From contig CAMBPB010000002.1 in the NCBI GenBank assembly GCA_945869465.1, positions 27,874 to 91,873 on the forward strand: a DNA stretch of 64,000 nt, in the 5' to 3' direction. The notes below the pieces were generated by a model that saw only the letters and a list, made by a program, of their open reading frames with translations, was not told where the DNA came from and searched no databases. This DNA comes from Prosthecobacter debontii. Lineage in GTDB: Bacteria; Verrucomicrobiota; Verrucomicrobiia; Verrucomicrobiales; Akkermansiaceae. Shown in pieces: positions 44,702 to 55,012 of this stretch (its first letter is position 1; each line of letters starts with the position of its first letter). The position numbers and the translations under genes are program-made.

Positions 44702-46483
44702 TCAAAATCCATCCGGGTTTGAAGGGGTTTGCTCTCCTTGTGAATCGTCGCTGGTAGCCCGGCGGGTGATGTGGATGGCGGCGGAGAATTTCCAGCAGAT
44801 TTCCTGAAGGAGGGGATCGGACAGGATTCGCTCAAGCGGCCATGGCAGGCGGAAGCGCCAGTTGTGGCTGCCGCTGGTGCCGGGGTGGTTGATGCGTTCG
44901 TCGATCCCGAAGAGTTCGGTGACCATCAGGGAGGCGTAGCGGGAATTGGCGGCGAACAAAGCCTTGATGAGGCGCAGGCGGATGCCTTCGGTGAAGGGCG
45001 GCCACAGGCCGTGGCCCGCAATCGGAATGGCGGCGAATTCCGACAGGATGCGGAGCGTGTTGTGGGCATCGTGGACATGCCAGCCCGATTGTTCCGTGGG
45101 ATTCTCGTGGTGTTCGCGAATCACCCGCAGGCAACTGCGCCAGATGCCGTTGACGGGATCATGGTCGTGGGTGGAGTAGGTGGCGAAGGAATGTTCCGGA
45201 AAACCAATGCCGGGCGTGGGGTGTCCGAATTCGTTGCAATCCCAGTGCGGAATGCGGAAACCGGCGATGCCAAGGTCCGTGAGATGGGGACGCACGTAAT
45301 CCGGAACCCAGCCGAGATCCTCGGCGATGACTTCGGCGCCGTTGGCGGCTGCTAGAATGGCGCGCAGGCGCACGTCGCCATCGGCGCGGTTGGCGGCTTT
45401 GTTTTCGACACTGTCGTCGGAGCGCAGGAACCAGCGGGGGAGGCGGCCGCCGTTGAGGCCGGCGGCTTGTTCGTGGGAGAGGCCGAGAAACTCGTGGTTG
45501 CGCTGCGGCCTCCAAGGGAACGCATAGATCCGATAGAATCCCAGAATGTGGTCGAGACGGAACATCCGGAAAATCTCGGTCAGGCGCGAGATGCGTGTTT
45601 TCCACCAGGTGAATCCGTTAGCCTCCATGTGGTCCCATCGATAGAGCGGGATGCCCCAGTTTTGGCCCCACTGCTGGAAAAACGGATCGCTCTGGCCCAT
45701 GCCTTCTGGCGGCGAGCCGCCGCACCAGTCGAGGTGGAATTCCTCCCGGTTGAAAAACACATCGCAGGAATGCCAACTGATGCCGATGGGAACATCGCCC
45801 ATGAGTTTCACGTTGCGGGAGTCGGCATGGAGGCGCAGCGCGCGCCATTGGCGGAAACACAACCATTGGACGAAGGCGAAAAAGCCGAGCCGGTAGTCGA
45901 TGGCCGCCGCGTCGCGGAGCCGCAGTTTCTCCAGGTGGCGGCGCGCGTTCTCCGGGGTCTGGCAGGAGGCGGGCCAGTGGTCCCAGGTGAGGGCTTCGCC
46001 ATGCAGTTCCATCAGCAGGCGGAACAGGCAGTAGTCGTCGAGCCACTCGGCCTCCTTCTCCCGGAACCGCGCGAATTCACCGGTAGGCTCCGGCCCGGCC
46101 CCGTCGAACTTCGACCAGGCGAGTTCCAACAGCATGCGCTTGACGCGCCTCACCGCCGGATAGTCCACCGCTGGGGCGTGCAGCGCGGGGCCGCCTTGGT
46201 CACGGGCCTTGGAGATTTCGGCGGCGGTGAGACCGGGGATTTCGCCCGCCTCGATCGTTAGATAGACGGGGTCCAGTGCGATTGAGGAAATGGCGCTGTA
46301 TGGGCTTTCGTCCGGGCCATTTTCGTTGATCGGGAGGAGCTGGATGAATCCGACGCAGTGATCCGCTGCCCAGTCGATCCATTCACGCAAGGCTCGCGTG
46401 TCGCCGATGCCAAGGTCGCCCTTGCGGCGCGGGGAAAAGGCGGGCATCAGGATGCCGGCCTGGCGGTTTCCGGGTGGGTGCAC
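44702..46483 (-). CDS. malQ: 4-alpha-glucanotransferase (amylomaltase, GH77)
   Basis: QLLPINE, SPYSAISS, MGDVPIG, QNWGIPLY, FRLDHILGF, AEDLG, THDH. Confidence 0.93.
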   Translation of the reverse strand: MHPPGNRQAGILMPAFSPRRKGDLGIGDTRALREWIDWAADHCVGFIQLLPINENGPDESPYSAISSIALDPVYLTIEAGEIPGLTAAEISKARDQGGPALHAPAVDYPAVRRVKRMLLELAWSKFDGAGPEPTGEFARFREKEAEWLDDYCLFRLLMELHGEALTWDHWPASCQTPENARRHLEKLRLRDAAAIDYRLGFFAFVQWLCFRQWRALRLHADSRNVKLMGDVPIGISWHSCDVFFNREEFHLDWCGGSPPEGMGQSDPFFQQWGQNWGIPLYRWDHMEANGFTWWKTRISRLTEIFRMFRLDHILGFYRIYAFPWRPQRNHEFLGLSHEQAAGLNGGRLPRWFLRSDDSVENKAANRADGDVRLRAILAAANGAEVIAEDLGWVPDYVRPHLTDLGIAGFRIPHWDCNEFGHPTPGIGFPEHSFATYSTHDHDPVNGIWRSCLRVIREHHENPTEQSGWHVHDAHNTLRILSEFAAIPIAGHGLWPPFTEGIRLRLIKALFAANSRYASLMVTELFGIDERINHPGTSGSHNWRFRLPWPLERILSDPLLQEICWKFSAAIHITRRATSDDSQGEQTPSNPDGF

Positions 46484-46659
46484 GGGCAGGACTGTGGCAG
46501 GACGACCGACCGCGTAAATCCTGAATTTTTGCGCTTATGTCTGATTCCGGCCGGGCGGGAAACGCACGGATTTCGCAGTTTGACAGAAGAACATTCTACT
46601 GGGAGTATTTCGGCGAGTGGCAAAAATCTCATTGCCGCATCAAACAACCCCAGAATACC

Positions 46660-46920
46660 ATGAAAAAACAACTATGGACTTCAATGATAGTGCTCCCGTT
46701 CCTGTTGGTCGGGTGCAATCCGAAAGAAACCACAAAGGAAAAAATGGACGCCGGCGCCGAAAAAGTGTCGGAAGGTGTGAAGAAAATGGCGGATGCCGCC
46801 GATGATCAGACGGCGAAAGCCAAGGCCGCTGTCGATACAGAGGTGAAAGCCGCGGCGGATGCAGCCAAGGATGCGGCGGACAAAGCCAAAGACGCCGTGA
46901 AGGGCGCGATAGAAGAGTAA
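46660..46920 (+). CDS. Small Ala/Lys-rich lipoprotein
   Basis: MKKQLW...LLVGC lipobox; helical low-complexity body. Confidence 0.8.
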   Translation: MKKQLWTSMIVLPFLLVGCNPKETTKEKMDAGAEKVSEGVKKMADAADDQTAKAKAAVDTEVKAAADAAKDAADKAKDAVKGAIEE

Positions 46921-46968
46921 GTCAAAATCCCGCCAAGTCACCGAACTTGGTGATCTGAATTCCATGAG

Positions 46969-46998
46969 CCGGTGTTCCTTTGGGAACGCCGGTTTTTT
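46969..46998 (+). terminator. Intrinsic terminator between convergent genes
   Basis: CCGGTGTTCC-TTT-GGGAACGCCGG followed by TTTTTT. Confidence 0.8.
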
Positions 46999-47050
46999 CT
47001 TGCCTCTGGTTCCCGAGTGGAAGTTCGAGCAACTTTGCCCATCAGATGGG

Positions 47051-50000
47051 CTATTTCTGCTCGTCTTCCTCGTCGATGTTGTGAGTGAGGATGAATTGCA
47101 GGTCGTCGAGTCCGAGGTTCGAGGCGAAGCCTTCATCGCCGAGCACGTTGGTGACGAGTTGCGTCTTCTGGTGCTGGAGGATGCGGATTTTTTCCTCAAC
47201 CGTATCCCGGGTGAGCAATCGATAGGCGATGACCTTGTTTTTCTGACCGATCCGGTGCGTCCGGTCGATCGCCTGGTTTTCGACGGCCGGGTTCCACCAT
47301 GGATCGTAGAGAATGACGTAGGAGGCCGAGGTCAGGTTGAGACCCGAGCCACCCGCTTTGAGTGACAGCATGAAGACGGACGGGTCCTTGGTGGTTTGGA
47401 AACGTTCGATCTCCCCCTTACGGTCCTTGGTCTGGCCGGTGAGGTAATTGTAGGGGCGGTTTTCGAGTTCGAGGCGCGCCTTGATGAGATCGAGCATCGA
47501 GACGAACTGCGAGAAAACGAGCACCTTGTGGCCTTCCTCGTGGAGCTGGTCCAACAGATAGAAAAGCGATTCCATCTTGGCGGACTCCTCCTTGAGATAC
47601 TTCGGATCGATGAGCCCGGGGTGGCAGCAGATCTGCCGCAGGCGCATGAGCCCTTGCAGGATGGCGAAGGAGTTTTTCTTCACCGCCTCGTCGGAGTCGA
47701 GACCTAGCAGGGCTTTCTGGATGCGCTTGAGCTCGGCCTTGTAGAGGTCCACCTGGATGCCTTCCATCTTCGAGTAAACCTCTTCCTCGGTGCGCGGCGG
47801 CAGGTCCTGGGCGACTTGGAGTTTGGTGCGCCGGATCAGGAACGGACGCAGGCGCGAGGCGAGGCGGCTCTGGCTGAGCGGGTCCTTGCGCTTGTCGAAG
47901 CGTTTCTTGAAATACGCGCGGGAACCGAGCACGCCGGGCATGGCGAAGGCCATCAGCGACCACATGTCCAGCAGGCGGTTTTCGATTGGCGTGCCGGTGA
48001 GCACCAGGCGGTTCTGGGAATCGAGCTCGCGGGCGCACTTGGCGGCCTTGGAGTCCGGGTTCTTGATTTGCTGGCCCTCGTCAAGGATGGTGGTGAGCCA
48101 CTTGATGCCGTTGAGTTCCTCGCCACAGACACGGAGCTGGGCGTAGTTGAGCACGAGGATGTCGATGTGATTCTGGATGAAATCGACATTGATGTCGTCG
48201 CGGTTCTTGAGGATCTTGAGCTTGAGCTGGGGAGTGAATTTCTGCGCCTCGCTGGCCCACACGTCCAACACCGATTTCGGGCAGACGACGAGCGCGGGTT
48301 TTTTCGCGCCGTTCACCTTCCGGTGTTCTTCGAACAGCCACAACAGATAGGTGAGGGACTGGATGGTTTTTCCCAGACCCATGTCGTCGGCAAGAATGCC
48401 GCCGAAGTTGTTGACCGCGAGGTAGGCGAGGAACTTGAAGCCATCGATCTGATAGGGACGCAGCGTCGCGTTGAGGCCGTCCGGGACATCGGGATTGACC
48501 TCGAGCTGGATGTCGCCCGCGCGGTTCCTGATGCGTTCCCAGGCTTTGGGATCGAACACCTCGGCGGCTTTCGGATCGGCCAGTTGCAGGGCGTGCATCC
48601 GGTGCGTCTCACCGGATAGATCGAAGGGATCGAGCCCGAGCCGGGTGACGGCCTCGCGCTGGTCGGCGTCGAGTTTGATTTCGAGGCGCATCCACGAGCC
48701 GTCCTCCATGCGGACGTAGCCGCCGCGCGCGGCGACGAGTTGGCGGATCTGGGCTTTCGAGAGATTGACACCCTGCACGTCGATGACGATGCGGAGGTCG
48801 AACCAGTCGATGTCTTGGCCGACGACCTCGAAGCGGACGGCGGCGGTGACCGGGTCGGCGAGGATGGATTTGAGGCGCAGGTCGATGTCGAGTTCGATGT
48901 CCTTGGGCATCTCCTTGATCCACTCAGCGAATTTCTCGGGGAATTGTTTGGTGATGCGGGATTTGAACGAGAGCAGCTTCTCGTCGTAGGAGAGGCCCAT
49001 TTCATCGAGGATGGAGGGCACCGGATAGAGCGATTCGCGGGCGAAGCGCATGAGCTGCTTGCCCTTAACCGGCTGTTGTTCCGCGAGTTCCCAACCGTCC
49101 TTGGTCAGGCGCTCGGTGCGGCGGCCTTTGGTCTCCACGGCGGTGACGTCGATGACGAGGTGCTCGGTCTCGGCGGCGGTAAGGCCGGCGACCAGCTTCA
49201 TTTCGAACTTTGGCCTCAGTTCGAGGTCGATGACGCGTTTCTTGAGGGATTCCGGCAGTGAGGCGCCGATTTTGCGCAGGAACTCGACACCTTCGAGCGA
49301 ATCGATGACGCGCTTCGGAATGAGATAACGCGGCATGACGTCGGTCTCCTCCAGCCAGCGGGGCGGGCCGGGGAAAACGGTTTCGTCGGACTGATAGAGC
49401 TCCTTGCGGCCGGGCAGCAGGCGGACCGAGTGCGAGACGTTGTCGCTCTCGGCGGTGACCAGTTGCAGCGCGAAGCTTTTCGCGTCATAAGGATCGTCCT
49501 CACAGATCCAGCGGAGGGCGTCGGCGACGACTTTGAACTCCTTTTCATCGAGGTTGACGATATATCCCTTGAGCGCGGGCTGGCGGAACACCCGGTTCAT
49601 GAAGCGGCAGGATTCCTCCTGGTCGAAGTCCAGGGTGGTGTCGCCGTATTTTCGATAGAACGCGAGGTAGTGCTCCCACAGGGTCTGGCTGGGCGCGTCC
49701 ATGAGCAGGGCGCCCTCGTGGTGGAGGTTGACGTAGTGCTCGATGTCGTTTTTCTCGCGGAGCTGGATCCAGACATTGGCTTTATCCTCCCTGACCTCGA
49801 TGCGGGCCTCATTGATCGTGGCGACGAGGCGGAACGAGACGGTTAGAGGCTCGTCCTGTGGCGGACGTTCGTTGACCTGCTCGATGCGGTCATACCAGGC
49901 GGCCACTTCGCGTTCCTGCTCCCAGTCCGCCATTTTTTTCTGAACATGGCCGAGATCGGTGATCACGCTCATGAACTCCGGATAGGGGAGTTTTTTCTTA

Positions 50001-50548
50001 TAGAAGGCGTAGGCGAGGTAGTTCCAGAACTCCATGATGTCCCCGGGGGGCATCGGCCAAAGTTCCAGCGGTTCGTAGGTGGTGATTTCCCAGCGTGGGC
50101 TGATGCGCACCATGTCATGGTCGTGCAGTTCGCCTTCGATGACGTAGCGGCGGTAGCGTTTTTCGATTTTGGTGACGAAATCAGCCTCTTTATCGTCGAG
50201 TTCGCGGCCGATTTTCTCCTCGATGATGTCGAGGACCGGAGTGTCGTCGAATTCGTTGGGCGATTCGGGCAGGTCTTCGCCGCGGTGCATGCGCTCCATC
50301 ATGGTGGCATACTGGCAGGCGCCGGCGACGATCTCATCCTCGGCGGTGCAGGAGCCGAACCAGCGGTTGCCTTGAAGTCGGAGGCTGGTGCGGAAGGTGC
50401 CGGATTCGTCCTCCACCCGGCCTTGAATGAAGAGGTGATTGCCGAAGATCTGGGTGACAGCTCCGTCTTTTTGGAGCATTTCGCCGCGTTTCCGGGCATC
50501 TTCTGGGAAACTGTTGAGGAAATTGAGAGTGGCTCGGTCTGGATTCAT
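47051..50548 (-). CDS. SNF2-family (DEAD/DEAH box) helicase
   Basis: LRPYQ, ILADDMGLGKT, DEGQQIKN, TGTPIEN, VFSQF, SLKAGGSGLNL, QAIDRTHRIGQ. Confidence 0.95.
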   Translation of the reverse strand: MNPDRATLNFLNSFPEDARKRGEMLQKDGAVTQIFGNHLFIQGRVEDESGTFRTSLRLQGNRWFGSCTAEDEIVAGACQYATMMERMHRGEDLPESPNEFDDTPVLDIIEEKIGRELDDKEADFVTKIEKRYRRYVIEGELHDHDMVRISPRWEITTYEPLELWPMPPGDIMEFWNYLAYAFYKKKLPYPEFMSVITDLGHVQKKMADWEQEREVAAWYDRIEQVNERPPQDEPLTVSFRLVATINEARIEVREDKANVWIQLREKNDIEHYVNLHHEGALLMDAPSQTLWEHYLAFYRKYGDTTLDFDQEESCRFMNRVFRQPALKGYIVNLDEKEFKVVADALRWICEDDPYDAKSFALQLVTAESDNVSHSVRLLPGRKELYQSDETVFPGPPRWLEETDVMPRYLIPKRVIDSLEGVEFLRKIGASLPESLKKRVIDLELRPKFEMKLVAGLTAAETEHLVIDVTAVETKGRRTERLTKDGWELAEQQPVKGKQLMRFARESLYPVPSILDEMGLSYDEKLLSFKSRITKQFPEKFAEWIKEMPKDIELDIDLRLKSILADPVTAAVRFEVVGQDIDWFDLRIVIDVQGVNLSKAQIRQLVAARGGYVRMEDGSWMRLEIKLDADQREAVTRLGLDPFDLSGETHRMHALQLADPKAAEVFDPKAWERIRNRAGDIQLEVNPDVPDGLNATLRPYQIDGFKFLAYLAVNNFGGILADDMGLGKTIQSLTYLLWLFEEHRKVNGAKKPALVVCPKSVLDVWASEAQKFTPQLKLKILKNRDDINVDFIQNHIDILVLNYAQLRVCGEELNGIKWLTTILDEGQQIKNPDSKAAKCARELDSQNRLVLTGTPIENRLLDMWSLMAFAMPGVLGSRAYFKKRFDKRKDPLSQSRLASRLRPFLIRRTKLQVAQDLPPRTEEEVYSKMEGIQVDLYKAELKRIQKALLGLDSDEAVKKNSFAILQGLMRLRQICCHPGLIDPKYLKEESAKMESLFYLLDQLHEEGHKVLVFSQFVSMLDLIKARLELENRPYNYLTGQTKDRKGEIERFQTTKDPSVFMLSLKAGGSGLNLTSASYVILYDPWWNPAVENQAIDRTHRIGQKNKVIAYRLLTRDTVEEKIRILQHQKTQLVTNVLGDEGFASNLGLDDLQFILTHNIDEEDEQK

Positions 50549-50660
50549 CGCGTCAGAAGTGGAAACTCCGCCCCGAAACGGCAAGCACGACAAATCGCCG
50601 GCAGCCGATTGGGCGGGGCGCTAGACTAATCCAAGAATTTTCCACGAATCAACAAAAACA

Positions 50661-51203
50661 TCATGCGTTAGTCGTCACACCTCGCCGCACGACGAGCGCG
50701 CGCACGGCAATCACGAGGCCGCCGACGACGAACAAACCGGGAAACCAGATGGAGAATCCCGGCGCCAGCGAGTCCGGTTGCAGGACGGCGAACCCGGGGT
50801 TTTCTGGATCGACCCGGCAGGTGGTGGTTTGGCCGGTCGGGTATTGTGCGGCTCTGGCTTCGGCCAGGCCGCGTTTGGACGACCACGGGCACCCGCGCAA
50901 GGTCAGGAGGTTGCCGGTGTGAGGCTCGCCCCGCCATTGGTAGCCGAAACTCACCGCTTGCCGATATTCCGGCGGTGACTGGGGATCGTGGACACGTTCC
51001 TCAATTTCCGAGGTGAGGATCACGCAGGGCACTTCCGGCCAGGCGCGCATTTCATCAGCCCGCAGGAAACTGCGCGCCATCAGCCAGACGAACAAACCGC
51101 CAATCACTGCCAGTAGCAGACCCAGTGCCACCAAATACCAGCGGCCTCCTGCCGTGGCTTCGGGGCGGCGGACGATGGCGGATGAGCAAGAATCACGGGT
51201 CAT
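50661..51203 (-). CDS. DUF3592-like membrane protein
   Basis: TM, WPEVPCVILTS, YPTGQ...VDPENP, TM. Start chosen at 51203. Confidence 0.72.
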   Translation of the reverse strand: MTRDSCSSAIVRRPEATAGGRWYLVALGLLLAVIGGLFVWLMARSFLRADEMRAWPEVPCVILTSEIEERVHDPQSPPEYRQAVSFGYQWRGEPHTGNLLTLRGCPWSSKRGLAEARAAQYPTGQTTTCRVDPENPGFAVLQPDSLAPGFSIWFPGLFVVGGLVIAVRALVVRRGVTTNA

Positions 51204-51431
51204 TACGCGGTCAATCGATAGTCGAGGCGAATCGCCAAGGCGAATTGAATTTGTGGGACGGCCCTTTCGGGGGCTCCGTTGGATCGTCCTTTGAGCCGTG
51301 AACTGGTGCGTGGAGCGGACGGGTTGGTGAAGGAAAGGAGTTGCGTTGAGCGTGCCCGAGCGTAAATGTGACGTCGTCATTCGGTAATCACAAAGTAAAG
51401 AAAGAGTGTTGCCTTAATTTCTCAAACTCCT

Positions 51432-54400
51432 TTGAAAACTCACGCAAAATGCCCTTCGACCCGAGGTTTTGCCCTGGTCGTCACGCTTTCCCTGATGATT
51501 CTGTTGACGCTGGTTGCCATCGGCATGCTGACGTTATCCACGGTCACACTGCGTGCCACCGGCCAGGGTGAAGCGATGACGGCCGCCCGAAGCAACGCAC
51601 GGCTGGGGTTGATGTTGGCGATTGGAGACCTGCAGAAATCGCTCGGTCCCGACAAGGCGATCACCGCAACTTCCGAAATTCTAACAACCTATCCCGCCAA
51701 AGCCAACACCACCGGTGTCTGGGAATCATGGGATTTCAACCCGCTCAGCGCTCCGGGCTACAGCACCGAGAAAACGGCCCGGTTCCGCCGCTGGCTGGTT
51801 TCCAGTGCGGATCCGGCGGCGCCCGAATCCCTGGATTTCGGAATCTCCCCATGGACCGGCGAGACGATCGAACTGGTGGGCGACGCCTCGTTAGGCGGCA
51901 ATGCGGCGGATGGCGCGAAAGCGGTTGCGGGAAAAGTCCCCGTCTCCCGCGACGGGAAAGTCCATGGCGCGTTCGCCTGGCATGTGGCGGACGAATCCGT
52001 GAAAGCCCGCATCAATCTCTATCGGGATCCCCGCCAGAACGCCACGTTGGCGCAAAAAGGCGCGCTGCTTGCCGGGCAGCGGCCGGATCCCTCGGTGATG
52101 AAGGGTGCCGATGGCGGATTCATGGATTTCCTTGCCACCGATGTGGCCACCTCCGCTGCCGATACCGCCCTGAAAAATTTCACCAAGGCCAAGGAGACCA
52201 CCGGGAAAATCCTCGATCTCGATCAGGTGGAGTTGCACGGCAACGCCAGGGGCAGGATCAAACCGTTTCGCAACCACGTGACGCCCTATTCGCTGGGCCT
52301 GCTGACGGATGTGCGCAAGGGCGGCCTCAAGCAGGATTTGTCGTCCGTGTTTGAAATGAACACCGCGCTGCCAAGTGAATTCACCAGCCGCAAGTTGTAT
52401 CAATCGACCCACGGCATCACTGGCGTTTCCGACCCCTATTGGAGCGCCCTTTCCGGCTACTACAACTCCTTCCGGAGCATCACTTCCCGCGAAACCAGTC
52501 CGACGTTCAACACCAAGCCGGTGCAGGACATCGCGTTCACCAATCTGGCGCCGTCCACCACCTACTCGCCGGGTCCGGTCATCGCCAAAATCGAGATGCT
52601 TTTTAACTTCGTGGCCCGCGAATCGCACGGCATGTGGACCTCCCCGCTCAAATCGCAGAGTTCCGAAAACCTATATATGGGTCACCTGGTGCTAACTCCC
52701 GTCATCACCCTGCACAATCCCTACAACATCAATCTCTCGTTCGATCAACTCGACGTGGCTTTCCAAAACCTGCCCGTCGCGTTCAGATTCTACGTCAATG
52801 GTGCGGCGCAAAACACCCAATTTGTGTCGTTGAACTCGCTGTATTGGGATGACAACCTCAGTCAGGACCGGAAGTTCATCATCGGCATCGCCAACTGGTC
52901 CAACTACACCGCCAATGATACTTCCAGGGCCAGCCCGATCATCATGAAGCCCGGCCAAACCCTGGTGTGCGGAATTTATATGAACCCGCAGACCATTTTC
53001 AGTTACGGCGACGACAGCTCGTGGATTACTAACGACAGGGATCTCAGGGGCAAGTTTGTCAAGGCCATCCCCGGATTCAAGGGGCGTTGCTTCGGCTACG
53101 ACCTGGACGTGCTCTCGCCGGTAAACTACAGTCCGCCGGACGCCAACCAGAGCGACGGGGTGCACCGGGTGCTCGGGTTGAAGCCCGACGACCTGGTTCA
53201 CATGGAATTCGCCATTCAGAAGCCCCCCATGGATCCGAGTGGCGAGTTCAAGGTGCTCGCCACGATATCCTCCAACGGATCGACCAAGGAATACGGCGGC
53301 CTGAGTTTTAAATATCAGGACGCTGCCACCCTCAAATCGTTGTTCCCCAAAGTCTATCGATATCCCGCCAGCGGGGCCTTCAGGGCCAGCGATTCCCATG
53401 TGTCTAACACAATTACCCCAGACGCCTTTTTTTCCAACCATGCCAACGCGAAGACCGTGGCGATTTTCTCGGCCTATGCCCGCACCGCCAACGGCGGGGT
53501 GTATGAAACCGGCAAGCGCAGCGAAACCGCCGGGGCGCTCAATGCCCTGCGCGACGGTCGTCTGGCTGGCAAACCCTTCCTATTCCATAATCCGGCCCGC
53601 ACGGTCGTCACGGTGGATTTGAAGAACCAGAAACCCGGCTCGCAATCCCATGAGCTCAACCTCCAGCCGCTCCCCGGATCTCCTGATGATGTCCTGCCAA
53701 TCGACAATCTCGACCGCAGCCCTTATCTAACGGCGAATACCGAAACCCGGGGAATCAAATCCGGCAGCTATCTGGAATTGCCCACCGGGCCGATGCAGAC
53801 GATCGCCGGTTTCCGCAGGTCCAACGCCTTGACCTCGTCCTATCTGCCCAATTTCGTGCAACCCGTCGGCAATTCGCAAGTCTCTCCGCTGATGTCCACG
53901 ACCAAGGTGAACCAGACGGATCCGGCCATGGCCAGTTATGCCTTGCTCGACCACTCGGTGCTCGCCAACCACGCGCTTTACGACCGGTTTTATTTTTCCA
54001 GTTTCGCGACGCGGGGGACCGTGCTGCCGGACTCGGTGTTCGAGCAGTTCATGAATGGAACCACGCCGCTGGCGTCGCAGGTCTTCCAGTCCTATCTGCC
54101 CGCCGGCAAGACCGTCTCCACCGCCAAGGCGGAACTCTTCGCATCCGGCAAACCTAAAAGCACGGCCTATCAGACAGTGGCGGAATACCAGATGGTTCAG
54201 GGGCCGTTCAATGTCAATTCGACCAGCGTGCAGGCTTGGAAGGCAAGGCTGGCGTCGCTCAACAAGAGCGACATCGCCACCCTGTGGGCGAAAAGCACGG
54301 CGCTCGAAAGCAAGCCGTCGGGCGGCATTCCCATCCTCGCCATGTCCCTCCTCAACGGCGGTCGGGCGGGCGCCGCCGTGGATGCCGCTAAGATCGATAA

Positions 54401-55007
54401 CCCGAAGACCAACGATTGGAACGGCTATCGGGTGATTACCGAATCCGAGCTTGAAATCCTCGCGACAAAAATCGTCCAACAAGTGCGTCTTCGCGGCCCG
54501 TTCCTTTCGATGTCGGAGTTCGTGAACCGCCAGATCGGCGTGAAGTCGCCTTTGACCCTCAGCGGTGCGCTGGAAGCGGCTATCACCGAGTCCGGGATCA
54601 ATGACAACACCTTTAAAACCCAGGTGACCAACATCGAGCTAAGGGATATCAGCAACGCAGCCCTATACCGTTACAACACGCCGGAAGCCTCACTTGGCAA
54701 CCCGGCGGCCGGGGCACCCGGATGGATCAGCCAGGGCGACCTGATGCAAATCCTCGAACCCGCTGCCACCGTGCGTTCCGACACCTTCGTCATCCGGGTT
54801 TGTGGTGAGGCGAAGGATGCCGCCGGAAAGGTGAGTGCGCGCGCCTACGCCGAAGCCGTGGTGCAGCGCGTGCCCGAATATCTTGACCCCGTGGACCGGC
54901 CGTCGTTGCATGTTTACACCGATGTTGCGGCAGCCGCGGCCAACAAGACTTTTGGACGCCGCATGAGCGTGGTCTCGTTCCGGTGGCTGACCGCCAATGA
55001 AATCTAA
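51432..55007 (+). CDS. Large type IV/pseudopilin-like protein (Verru_Chthon cassette protein A-like)
   Basis: Prepilin-type N-terminus RG|FALVVTLSLMILLTLVAIGML; ARSNARLG...LQKSLGPD; GPFNVNSTSVQAW; C-terminal SDTFVIR...GRR...FRWL. Confidence 0.8.
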   Translation: MKTHAKCPSTRGFALVVTLSLMILLTLVAIGMLTLSTVTLRATGQGEAMTAARSNARLGLMLAIGDLQKSLGPDKAITATSEILTTYPAKANTTGVWESWDFNPLSAPGYSTEKTARFRRWLVSSADPAAPESLDFGISPWTGETIELVGDASLGGNAADGAKAVAGKVPVSRDGKVHGAFAWHVADESVKARINLYRDPRQNATLAQKGALLAGQRPDPSVMKGADGGFMDFLATDVATSAADTALKNFTKAKETTGKILDLDQVELHGNARGRIKPFRNHVTPYSLGLLTDVRKGGLKQDLSSVFEMNTALPSEFTSRKLYQSTHGITGVSDPYWSALSGYYNSFRSITSRETSPTFNTKPVQDIAFTNLAPSTTYSPGPVIAKIEMLFNFVARESHGMWTSPLKSQSSENLYMGHLVLTPVITLHNPYNINLSFDQLDVAFQNLPVAFRFYVNGAAQNTQFVSLNSLYWDDNLSQDRKFIIGIANWSNYTANDTSRASPIIMKPGQTLVCGIYMNPQTIFSYGDDSSWITNDRDLRGKFVKAIPGFKGRCFGYDLDVLSPVNYSPPDANQSDGVHRVLGLKPDDLVHMEFAIQKPPMDPSGEFKVLATISSNGSTKEYGGLSFKYQDAATLKSLFPKVYRYPASGAFRASDSHVSNTITPDAFFSNHANAKTVAIFSAYARTANGGVYETGKRSETAGALNALRDGRLAGKPFLFHNPARTVVTVDLKNQKPGSQSHELNLQPLPGSPDDVLPIDNLDRSPYLTANTETRGIKSGSYLELPTGPMQTIAGFRRSNALTSSYLPNFVQPVGNSQVSPLMSTTKVNQTDPAMASYALLDHSVLANHALYDRFYFSSFATRGTVLPDSVFEQFMNGTTPLASQVFQSYLPAGKTVSTAKAELFASGKPKSTAYQTVAEYQMVQGPFNVNSTSVQAWKARLASLNKSDIATLWAKSTALESKPSGGIPILAMSLLNGGRAGAAVDAAKIDNPKTNDWNGYRVITESELEILATKIVQQVRLRGPFLSMSEFVNRQIGVKSPLTLSGALEAAITESGINDNTFKTQVTNIELRDISNAALYRYNTPEASLGNPAAGAPGWISQGDLMQILEPAATVRSDTFVIRVCGEAKDAAGKVSARAYAEAVVQRVPEYLDPVDRPSLHVYTDVAAAAANKTFGRRMSVVSFRWLTANEI

Positions 55008-55012
55008 CTTGC

